Shown here in pieces: positions 38,526 to 46,509 of a DNA stretch of 46,509 nt (positions within the stretch are counted from its first letter, which is position 1; each line of letters starts with the position of its first letter). Where the stretch lies: sequence record DRR723986_7414; one strand, written 5' to 3'. The notes beneath the pieces are model-generated. The model searched no databases and was not told where the DNA came from. It saw nothing but the letters and a program-made list of their open reading frames with translations. Made by a program: the position numbers and the translations under genes.

Positions 38526-38861
38526 TACATAGAACTACCCCTGGACGATGGCGGACTCTAAAAAGCTATCATTCAGGTTTTACCGATACGTTTGTGGCTA
38601 ATTTGGGAGATGCAGGTTGAAGGGCCGGATCCCAGAACAACACTCGAAAACGCTGCCTACCTCCTGAATAAAACGATTGCAGCCCGACTCAATAGCAAAG
38701 ACCCTGTAAGCTTGCCTTCGCCATGCAAACTTGGCCACCAACTGATTTCAGTTCCAGAGAACCTAGCGAGCCAAATTGCAGCCAGCAACAACGTAGATTT
38801 TGATGAAAAATTTTTCTTCCTAAATAAGTCGATTACACCCTCGAATAGGGACTACCTATGA
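38526..38861 (+). pseudogene. Degenerate HicB-like antitoxin
   Basis: YIELPLDDGGL*...VEGPDPRTTLENA..LL...IAARL.....VSLPSP with in-frame TAA at 38559. Confidence 0.35.
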
Positions 38862-39150
38862 TGAGGGTGACCGGAATGAATGTTTGTGATTCCTTAAAGT
38901 TGCCCTTTAAATTCGTGACTTGGTAGAGTGGCTAACCGATCAGAAACTTAGCAAACCTAATCAACTTTCAATAAATCACTACACCTTCGTTTCTCGTCTG
39001 ATCAGATATCCATCTCCATTTTCATTCAAATTCATCTATCGAATTGATGCTTTCAACAATACGAATCTAATAATTCATAGTATGAGTCTTAATCAGAACG
39101 GAACTGACCAGTATTACTAATTCTATGATTGTGTTTATATATGACTACGT

Positions 39151-39179
39151 TTGATGTTTTTCGTTACACGTTTCATAAT
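39151..39179 (+). promoter_or_regulatory. Candidate sigma70 promoter of the transfer operon
   Basis: TTGATG, 17 bp spacer, CATAAT. Confidence 0.5.
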
Positions 39180-39266
39180 AAACATTAGATCCTCACGACG
39201 AACACTGGCTTAAAACAATGGGTCACATTGATACTCACTCCTTCGACGAGAGGGAACGAGTCAACC

Positions 39267-39527
39267 ATGAACACATTGAATAAAAAAGAGCTAATGCTTT
39301 TGGCAGAGGCCCAGTCTGAGTACACAGTGAAACTGATCGAGACGGCACAAAGCAATACGCGTTGGTGGCGAATGGAAATCAACCTTAGCCCACAGAACAA
39401 AGCTTACGAGGTAGTTACAGCCCTCGGTAAAACAAAGACTTGGAAAAGTCTCGATATTGCAATCGATTTTCTGAAGGAGACCTGCCCCAGCGCAGACCTC
39501 TGTGTAGTTGTACTTAAACCCTCATGA
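39267..39527 (+). CDS. KorA-like (IncN/IncW type) regulator
   Basis: VVTALGKTKTWKSLD.A..FL motif; immediately upstream of virB2. Confidence 0.55.
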   Translation: MNTLNKKELMLLAEAQSEYTVKLIETAQSNTRWWRMEINLSPQNKAYEVVTALGKTKTWKSLDIAIDFLKETCPSADLCVVVLKPS

Positions 39528-39537
39528 CGGAATAACA

Positions 39538-39906
39538 ATGAACCAGCCAAACCTACACGCTATTACACCCCCCACCGACAAGAATGACTCGTTGGACAAA
39601 TGGCTCTCAGGTTTGGCCAACCTTTTAATGATCCTCTTGATCATGAGCCCTCAGTTGGCCCTTGCTCAGTCGGCAGGTGCAACATTTGGTGGAATCACAG
39701 AATTCCTCCGGTCAATCACGAACCTCCTGATTTTTGAATGGGGTTACTACATCGGGATTATCACCCTCGCAATTCAAGGCTATCGCTGGAAAACAGGTCG
39801 TATTGATTTGATGACTTTAGGTGGCTGGGGACTCGGTATCGGGCTTGTATTCTTCGCGCCAAACATCGTAGGCGATCTCCGAAACCGCTCGGGCGGAGCG
39901 ATTTAA
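39538..39906 (+). CDS. virB2: Pilin VirB2/TrbC
   Basis: Long leader ending PQLALA-Q, two hydrophobic helices ending FFAPNIV; precedes virB3. Confidence 0.85.
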   Translation: MNQPNLHAITPPTDKNDSLDKWLSGLANLLMILLIMSPQLALAQSAGATFGGITEFLRSITNLLIFEWGYYIGIITLAIQGYRWKTGRIDLMTLGGWGLGIGLVFFAPNIVGDLRNRSGGAI

Positions 39907-39908
39907 TC

Positions 39909-40205
39909 GTGACCCCAAACCAACCGAACAACGAGGAGGAAACCCTCGTTGTTGCCATGACACGCCCAACGATGGTCGGAGGCTTCACGCTAACAAGCCT
40001 GGTTTTGAGTTTCTACTTGCCCTTTATGGTCGCAATGCTCACCAGGTCAGTATTGGCCTTCTTGCTTGTACCTATTCTTCTGGTCATCAGTTATCTGGTT
40101 TGTCTCAAAGACGTATATCTGTTTGACATCTGCTCGGCAGCAAGCCGTCTGAAAATTTGCGTGAACAAGAGACTGTGGGGGGTGCGTCGATATGCCCCTC
40201 GTTGA
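39909..40205 (+). CDS. virB3: VirB3
   Basis: L.VAMTRPTMVGG, two TMs, KD..LF, WG..RYAP. Confidence 0.9.
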   Translation: MTPNQPNNEEETLVVAMTRPTMVGGFTLTSLVLSFYLPFMVAMLTRSVLAFLLVPILLVISYLVCLKDVYLFDICSAASRLKICVNKRLWGVRRYAPR

Positions 40206-42867
40206 ATTTCTAAAACAAAAATTCGATATATTCCTGACCCCTCCCAAACCCAAAGGGTTGGCTGAGGACGAACGGGAAATGTTGTTGAGCGAAATGGTCC
40301 CTTACACAGTCCATTACGACGATGAAACTGTAATCACCAAAGACGATGGTTTGGTCCAAGTCATCAAAATCGACGGGCTCCATTTTGAGTCTTACAGTGC
40401 TGAACAGATCAAGCAGTTCGAACGCCGGCGAAATACTGTGTTGCGCTCAATCGCCAGTCCAGACCGTGCAGTCTATGTTCACTTGATCCGAAGAAAAATC
40501 AGTGAATACCCCTCGGGAGAAGGCGAAACCTGGTTCGCGAAGACATTCAACACCGCATGGAAAAATGAAATTCAACAAAACTCGTTCTACAGAAACGACA
40601 TTTATATTTCAGTGGTTCGGAACCGGTTCCGGCAAGGTGTTCCGGGATTTCTCGATCGAATTTTCGCAACACTGACCGGGATCAAAACCGACTCAGATCA
40701 CCTTGAAACCTTCCAACATCAAGTAAAAGATTTGAATGAGGCCACAAACTTCCTATGCCAAACGCTCGCCAATTATGGCGCGAGGAAGTTGTCCGTTAGA
40801 AGACTTCACCAGCCAGACAATCCATCCATAAGCCAGCAAAACGCAAAAATAATTGTGAAGGAGCATCAGTTACCTTGGGCAGACTTTACGAAGACAAATG
40901 GCGAACACGACACCTATACATTCGATTCGCTTGCAGATTTCATTGGTCCAGACACCTCTGAAATCGGCGAATTCTTAAACTACCTGGTCAATCTGCAGCC
41001 AGGCCGCATTCCACTGAGTGATTTGCCAATTGATCAAACGATCGCGAATTCTTGGGTGGACTGCAACCCAGTTAGCAATGTGATGGCCGTACAGAATCTT
41101 CAGGGTACCAAAGCGTGCGCGGTGCTCAGTATGGCCGAATGGCCCAATCGCACATCCTCACGCATGCTGGACGAGTTTCTTCGCCAACCTGTCGAATTCA
41201 TCATCACACAAAGCTTCTTTTTCACAGATCGGATCAGCGCCGAACATGACTTGCGGCAGGAACGGCGACGAATTGATGTGAACGATTCTGATGGCGCATC
41301 AGAAGGTGACAAAGAAGAAATCACCAAAGGATTGGAGGAACTAAAAAGGGGGGAATCCGTGAATGGTTTGCATCATTTGTCCATCCTCGTTCATGTAGAC
41401 GCACAGCTTGATTCATCCAATCCACTAGATGCCAAAAGAAGGACTTTCGACGACCTGGAAAAAAGTGTCGGACTGCTGAAGAAATGTTTTGTGAATCTCG
41501 GGGTCAAACCAGTTCGTGAGTGGTTTGCCATGGAGACCTTCTACTGGTCACAGCTCCCCGGGCAATTCCAGCACTTCATAGGCCGACGTGGAAAGATCAA
41601 ATCGAGTAACTTTGCAGGATTTGCATCGCTTCACAATTATGCCTCGGGTCGCCTCGAAGGAAACCTTTGGGGGCCCGCCATCATGTCGTTCCCGACAGAA
41701 AGTGGGACCCCATACCACTTCAACTTTCACCGAGAACTGGAAGGTATGGTGGCTGGGCATACAGCTTTCACAGCAGACACTGGCTCGGGTAAAACCACCC
41801 TACTCTCTGCATTGATCGCAATGGCCGACAAAGCCAAGCCACGAGTGTTCTGGTTTGACAACCGACAAGGTGCCAAAGTCTTTATGTGCGCGATGGGTGG
41901 ACAGCACATCACCTTAACAGTCCAGGGCATTACCGGATGGAACCCATTCAAGTTACCCGACACCCCAGAAAACCGTTCATACCTGATTGAGCTTCTCACA
42001 CTGATGAGGACCTGCTATGGCGGCTCGGTTACACCCGACGACATCGAAAGGTTCAAAAAGGCTGTTCAAGAGAACTATGCACTCCCTTTGGCAGACAGGC
42101 GGCTTAGGAATATCGCATGGTGTTTTGGCCAAGGCGAACTGAGCAAGGTTATGCGCGTATGGCATGGCGGTAATGGGAATGACGGCGCCAATTGGGGAGT
42201 TTTCGACAATGAGACTGACAATATCGATTTGAGTAAATGTCGTCACTACTGCTACGAAATGCAACATCTAATCAAAGACGGCACCGCACGACCAGAACTG
42301 GCAGTTGTACTGAGCTATCCATTCCATCGAATCGAACAAGCCATGAATGGAGAACCCTTTGTAGTCGTGCTGGAGGAAGGACAAAACTTAGTGAAGCATG
42401 AGTATTGGCGATCAAAGATCGACAGCTACATCATGCAGATTCGACGCAAAAACGGATTACTGATCTTTGTCACACCCGATCCGAAATACATCTACTGCGA
42501 AACCGATTCAATCCAGAAGCAATCAGCCACAAAGATCTTCCTGCCCAACAGTGAAGCCAGAAAGCAGGACTATATGGATCAACTCGGTCTAACGCATTCC
42601 GAATTTGAGTTTATTAGGGATACCCCACCAGAGCAGCGGACCTTCTTGATTAGACGGGGCCAGGAATCAGTACGCGCTAGGTTTGATTTAAGCGCCCTCT
42701 CCAGCTTCATTCCAGTTCTTTCATCCAACGACAAGGCAGTCGCTTTGATGGACCAGATCATCCATGACCTCAAAGACAACAACCCAGAACAATGGGTTCC
42801 GATCTTCATGGAGCAAGCAATAAAAACCAACACTCATAACCTAAAGCCATCTGGAGTAAACCCATGA
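40192..42867 (+). CDS. virb4: VirB4 ATPase
   Basis: VPY..H.D, FYWSQLPG, GNLWGPA, Walker A ADTGSGKTT, RRKNG, ATKIFLPN, VLSS. Confidence 0.95.
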   Translation: MPLVEFLKQKFDIFLTPPKPKGLAEDEREMLLSEMVPYTVHYDDETVITKDDGLVQVIKIDGLHFESYSAEQIKQFERRRNTVLRSIASPDRAVYVHLIRRKISEYPSGEGETWFAKTFNTAWKNEIQQNSFYRNDIYISVVRNRFRQGVPGFLDRIFATLTGIKTDSDHLETFQHQVKDLNEATNFLCQTLANYGARKLSVRRLHQPDNPSISQQNAKIIVKEHQLPWADFTKTNGEHDTYTFDSLADFIGPDTSEIGEFLNYLVNLQPGRIPLSDLPIDQTIANSWVDCNPVSNVMAVQNLQGTKACAVLSMAEWPNRTSSRMLDEFLRQPVEFIITQSFFFTDRISAEHDLRQERRRIDVNDSDGASEGDKEEITKGLEELKRGESVNGLHHLSILVHVDAQLDSSNPLDAKRRTFDDLEKSVGLLKKCFVNLGVKPVREWFAMETFYWSQLPGQFQHFIGRRGKIKSSNFAGFASLHNYASGRLEGNLWGPAIMSFPTESGTPYHFNFHRELEGMVAGHTAFTADTGSGKTTLLSALIAMADKAKPRVFWFDNRQGAKVFMCAMGGQHITLTVQGITGWNPFKLPDTPENRSYLIELLTLMRTCYGGSVTPDDIERFKKAVQENYALPLADRRLRNIAWCFGQGELSKVMRVWHGGNGNDGANWGVFDNETDNIDLSKCRHYCYEMQHLIKDGTARPELAVVLSYPFHRIEQAMNGEPFVVVLEEGQNLVKHEYWRSKIDSYIMQIRRKNGLLIFVTPDPKYIYCETDSIQKQSATKIFLPNSEARKQDYMDQLGLTHSEFEFIRDTPPEQRTFLIRRGQESVRARFDLSALSSFIPVLSSNDKAVALMDQIIHDLKDNNPEQWVPIFMEQAIKTNTHNLKPSGVNP

Positions 42868-43523
42868 GAATCGCGCTCGCCTTGACGATTGCTTCAATAC
42901 TGACTATCACGCAAATGCATACCCATGCCCAGGGAATTCCAACCTATGACGCAGCGACAGTCCTGCAGCTTCAGCAGCAGTTCCAACAACTACAAAAGCA
43001 GTACGACACTTTGCAAAACCAATATAAGGCAGTGACTGGCAGCTACGGTCGAGGACAAACAGGGCTCAATGAGTCAATCAACTCATCTTCGATCGTGCCA
43101 GGTTCATGGCAGGAGGTCGTTGCTCAGCAGCAAAGCGGATCGTTTGGAACAAAACAAAACTTTTATGAAAAGCTCCTGAAAACACTTCCTCAAGATCTAT
43201 TTCGAGATCCTCAATCACAAAACGCCACCACCTACAAGCTCAGCACTGATTCGGTCAGAGCAGCAATGTCTGGGGGTGAAATCCTGTATTCACAAGTACA
43301 AACCCATCTCAACAACCTGGCCAGATTGAGCCAGCAGGTTGATAGCACATCAAACATAAAGGATGCCCAAGACCTGCAAAATCGCATAGCCACGGAAAAC
43401 GGGATGATGCAAAGCGCACTGGGCAAGTTGAATGCCATGAACATGAACTTACAGGCAAATATGCTCAATCAACAAACACAAGCCACTTCTTCCAATCAAC
43501 AGTATTACCGCTGGACGAAATAG
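42864..43523 (+). CDS. virB5: VirB5 minor pilin
   Basis: AQGIPTYD, Q-rich helix, YKAVTGSYG, KDAQDLQNRI. Confidence 0.92.
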   Translation: MRIALALTIASILTITQMHTHAQGIPTYDAATVLQLQQQFQQLQKQYDTLQNQYKAVTGSYGRGQTGLNESINSSSIVPGSWQEVVAQQQSGSFGTKQNFYEKLLKTLPQDLFRDPQSQNATTYKLSTDSVRAAMSGGEILYSQVQTHLNNLARLSQQVDSTSNIKDAQDLQNRIATENGMMQSALGKLNAMNMNLQANMLNQQTQATSSNQQYYRWTK

Positions 43524-43550
43524 ACCCACAACCAAACATCGGAGTAAGTA

Positions 43551-43763
43551 ATGAAACTTCTAAACACGCTGTTTCTAATTGCCACCATCGGAATCTGGGG
43601 GCCGCTATGGTTGATTCGTCGACTCTCTGCACCACTAATTGCCCTGATATTCGCAACAGTTATTTCCGGATGTGCAACAAATTCAGCCGGGATGGATAAA
43701 TCTCCGTGCGCGTGTACCTTCACGCCAATCAACAAAATGACACATGAGAACTCGAATGCCTAA
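43551..43763 (+). CDS. Small lipoprotein (VirB7- or entry-exclusion-like)
   Basis: Lipobox ISG-C followed by SPCAC.F.PIN. Confidence 0.6.
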   Translation: MKLLNTLFLIATIGIWGPLWLIRRLSAPLIALIFATVISGCATNSAGMDKSPCACTFTPINKMTHENSNA

Positions 43764-44154
43764 AGTGACGATACAAAGTGCATTGCTTGGTGTTGCAGTA
43801 ACCGTGCTAACCATATACCTAGCCCTTGAAACATTGGGAAACTCACCCATTGAATCGAACACAGATACGGATACAGAAGTAATTGCGACCATACCTAAAA
43901 CTTACATTGAGCATCCTATCCTTGGCAAATCAAAGCAAGAAATTTCCAATTTATACCCAGGAAACTGCTTCGCCGAACTGTATTTAGAGAACCCTTCATT
44001 TGGTGGAAAACTGGTCAATTCGTGTAAACAAAAAACGATAGAGCAAATAAAAGCAGTAACAGGAATCAAGATTGACACTTCGGAGCTTACATCAGTCGAA
44101 GTAGTTCAGCATCTCAAAAATACGTATGGGGTAGGTAACCCATGGCGACTCTGA
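43756..44154 (+). CDS. Hypothetical membrane-anchored protein in the tra operon
   Basis: N-terminal TM, two Cys; overlaps both neighbours. Confidence 0.65.
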   Translation: MPKVTIQSALLGVAVTVLTIYLALETLGNSPIESNTDTDTEVIATIPKTYIEHPILGKSKQEISNLYPGNCFAELYLENPSFGGKLVNSCKQKTIEQIKAVTGIKIDTSELTSVEVVQHLKNTYGVGNPWRL

Positions 44155-45011
44155 CTCTTGACGGTCTAGTTGGCGCTGCGGACGGAATAACAAACACATA
44201 TCTAAATGAAATTTTCCCAGCGTTGGCGTCTGCGGTTTGGGCACCGATATTCTTCATGGCTGTTCTGTACTGGGTCTCACTAGGCTACAAAATATTCGCC
44301 GGCTATGAGCCAATCAAATGGAACGACATTCTTAAAAGAATGTTCATGACTGTGGCCATCTTCTCCAGTCTGAGTTGGTCAGGCCTTGGGCAAACCATCT
44401 ACGGCTTTTTCACTTCGTTCATGGAAGGTGCCGCTGCCACAATAATGTCCGGCGAACCCACGGTGAGTATGCTAGATGCCTTGTTCAATAACGTAGGCCA
44501 AGTATCGGCCCTCCTTCAAAATGTTAGTTGGTATCAATTCGGCATGATTCTGCAAGGCTTCGGACTCCTACTAATCAATTGCCTTTTATTCGTTCTTGCG
44601 CTCGTCTATCTGACTATCGCAAAGTTCGGACTTGCGATAACGATGAGCTTACTACCCATTTTCATAGGCTTCTTTTTCTTCGACCAGACTCGTCAATGGG
44701 GAATGAACTGGATAAATAAGATGCTCAATTTTTCATTCATTTATGTGCTGGTAATTGCAATTATTCGTTTGGGCTTTTTGGCCTTTGGCGAAGCTGTTGA
44801 TGAGGCTGGAAAAGCAGCATCAGCAAGTGATGCAGTGATGATTAATGTTCAACAAATATCATATTTATTCATCATTGAAGGTGTCTTGATCATTTTTATG
44901 CTCCAAGTGAAATCTTGGGCTGCAGCACTATCAAGCGGGGCAGCCGTGCAAGGGGTGTCGCTGTTAATGACAGCAGGACGAATGTTCACCGGTGGCGGAG
45001 CCAAAAAATGA
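44142..45011 (+). CDS. virB6: VirB6/TrbL
   Basis: Polytopic; L.I...LLPIFI..FFF..TRQW...W motif. Confidence 0.9.
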   Translation: MATLTLDGLVGAADGITNTYLNEIFPALASAVWAPIFFMAVLYWVSLGYKIFAGYEPIKWNDILKRMFMTVAIFSSLSWSGLGQTIYGFFTSFMEGAAATIMSGEPTVSMLDALFNNVGQVSALLQNVSWYQFGMILQGFGLLLINCLLFVLALVYLTIAKFGLAITMSLLPIFIGFFFFDQTRQWGMNWINKMLNFSFIYVLVIAIIRLGFLAFGEAVDEAGKAASASDAVMINVQQISYLFIIEGVLIIFMLQVKSWAAALSSGAAVQGVSLLMTAGRMFTGGGAKK

Positions 45012-45682
45012 ACGATCGAAAATACACAGTCAAAGACGATGCACTTACATCTCTTAGTCAAACTGCTGAACGACACAAATTATTGCTTGAACGAAATAGG
45101 GCCTACTTATTTTGCTCTCTATTGATGCTTTGCGTGATCTGTATGAGCTTCGCAGTAGCCACTTTAGCCACAATTCATACCGTAGTGCCTGTCATTTCGG
45201 TTCTTGATGCAAACGGACATGTCGTCAAACAGGAGATTGTTCAAAGAGAAACAATCATGGGGCAAGAAAGCCTTGTTCAAAGCCAGATTCATGACTTCAT
45301 CACCTATTGCAATACATTCGACCCAGCCTGGCGGCAACGTTACTCCGATTTGTGTCGTTTACATTCCTCTCAACAAGTGGCAGACATCTATGACCAGGAG
45401 ATCTCACCGGAGAATCCTAACAACCCCTACTTTCTGATTGGGAGCAACGGGAAAAGGACTCCCAAAATTACAAGTATCTCAGCGATCGATAAACAGGCAT
45501 ACAGGGTTTCATTTCAATCTGTAACGGAAAAGCCCGGCAGCGCCCCAACGATTGAATTCTACACCGCACTTGTCCGATTTAGTTTTACCAACAAGCCCTT
45601 GGCCTTGGGTGACAGATGGGAAAACGCACTTGGTTTTGTGGCCACCTCATATCGCAAAGACCAAGAACTCAGTACCCAATAA
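45008..45682 (+). CDS. virB8: VirB8
   Basis: Single TM, VVP.I..LD.NG, C-terminal RWENALGF.ATSYRKD.E. Confidence 0.9.
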   Translation: MNDRKYTVKDDALTSLSQTAERHKLLLERNRAYLFCSLLMLCVICMSFAVATLATIHTVVPVISVLDANGHVVKQEIVQRETIMGQESLVQSQIHDFITYCNTFDPAWRQRYSDLCRLHSSQQVADIYDQEISPENPNNPYFLIGSNGKRTPKITSISAIDKQAYRVSFQSVTEKPGSAPTIEFYTALVRFSFTNKPLALGDRWENALGFVATSYRKDQELSTQ

Positions 45683-45701
45683 CAAACCTGAAAGGAAAAC
45701 C

Positions 45702-46469
45702 ATGCGCAACAATCTATCCACTGGCCTGATCGCCTTTTACCTTGCCATTACCTGCTCACAAGCAATGGCAGCCAAGACACCACAATCTCTCTCCTCGGAC
45801 TCGCGGGTCAGACACGTTATGTATGACCCTAACCAGGTCTATGAAATTATTGGAACCTACGGATACCAAACATCTCTTGAGTTCTCGACTGATGAGGAGG
45901 TTAAGGTCGTTTCACTGGGAGACACAATTGCTTGGCAAACAGTGCCTTACAACAATCGAGTTTTCTTGAAACCTGTTGAGCCAAGAGCTGCGACAAACAT
46001 GACTGTAATCACAAATAAGCGCACGTACTACTTCATGTTGTCGAGTACCAAACTATCGAAGGAAACCACCTTCTTGGTTCGTTTCAAATATCCCCAAACC
46101 GGACCAACAGTCGCTTCGACGCATGCAAAACCAAAAATTGATTCCACTGGTTTTGATCCGGAGAAAATCAATCTCGACTACAGCACTTCAGGTCATAAAC
46201 ACGCGATCTTATTGAATCGGGTACTCGATGATGGGCAGTTCACATTCTTCCGATTTGATGAAAAAGGGGAGATTCCGACAATCTACACAGTAGGTCCTGA
46301 CGGTACAGAGTCAATTGTTAACACACGGCGAGAAGGCTCATATTTGGTTGTAGAGCGAACAGCTGCCCTGTTTACTCTTCGTAATGGTAACTCCTATCTT
46401 TGCGTCAGAAACAACACCATCCAAAGCGAGATTCCGAAGTCAGAACACTTGACCACTGGGAGTCTGTAA
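45702..46469 (+). CDS. virB9: VirB9/TrbG
   Basis: DSRVR.V.YDPNQVY, LGDT.AW, FLKP, TNMTVITNKRTY, DDGQFTFF.F, P.IY. Confidence 0.95.
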   Translation: MRNNLSTGLIAFYLAITCSQAMAAKTPQSLSSDSRVRHVMYDPNQVYEIIGTYGYQTSLEFSTDEEVKVVSLGDTIAWQTVPYNNRVFLKPVEPRAATNMTVITNKRTYYFMLSSTKLSKETTFLVRFKYPQTGPTVASTHAKPKIDSTGFDPEKINLDYSTSGHKHAILLNRVLDDGQFTFFRFDEKGEIPTIYTVGPDGTESIVNTRREGSYLVVERTAALFTLRNGNSYLCVRNNTIQSEIPKSEHLTTGSL

Positions 46470-46509
46470 ATGGAAGATAAACCGGTACTCCAGTCACGTG
46501 AAGAAGCGG
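46470..46509 (+). CDS. virB10: 5' end of virB10 (continues at the window start)
   Basis: ATG directly after the virB9 TAA; MEDKPVLQSREEA reads in frame into ORF 90..1160. Confidence 0.9.
   Translation, partial: MEDKPVLQSREEA

Overview
The window is a complete, circular ~46.5 kb conjugative plasmid: bases 1-30 are identical to 46480-46509, and virB10 reads in frame across the join. The backbone has a VirB-type (MPF-T) mating-pair operon (korA-like, virB2-B6, B8-B11, virB1, trbM/kikA-like), a TrwC-like MOBF relaxase, a TrwB-like coupling protein and an accessory RHH gene. It also has an oriT with a recognisable nick site, stbABC, type Ia parAB, an iteron/DnaA-box origin with an RPA-family Rep, ArdB/KlcA antirestriction, and a tyrosine recombinase with a candidate core site. 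The cargo is mostly anti-phage defence: Gabija, an AbiE-type type IV TA, type I CBASS (Cap15 + CD-NTase), an Hna-like helicase-nuclease, a NotI-family REase with an m6A MTase, an orphan PD-(D/E)XK nuclease and DUF2130. Two large uncharacterised secreted proteins are also present. The most striking observation is that the CBASS promoter is overlapped by two NrdR-box-like palindromes 31 bp apart, and the operon starts with a 58-aa ORF absent from the ORF track. This suggests an immune system wired to the host dNTP-sensing repressor. All family assignments come from motif recognition by eye; no database searches were run.
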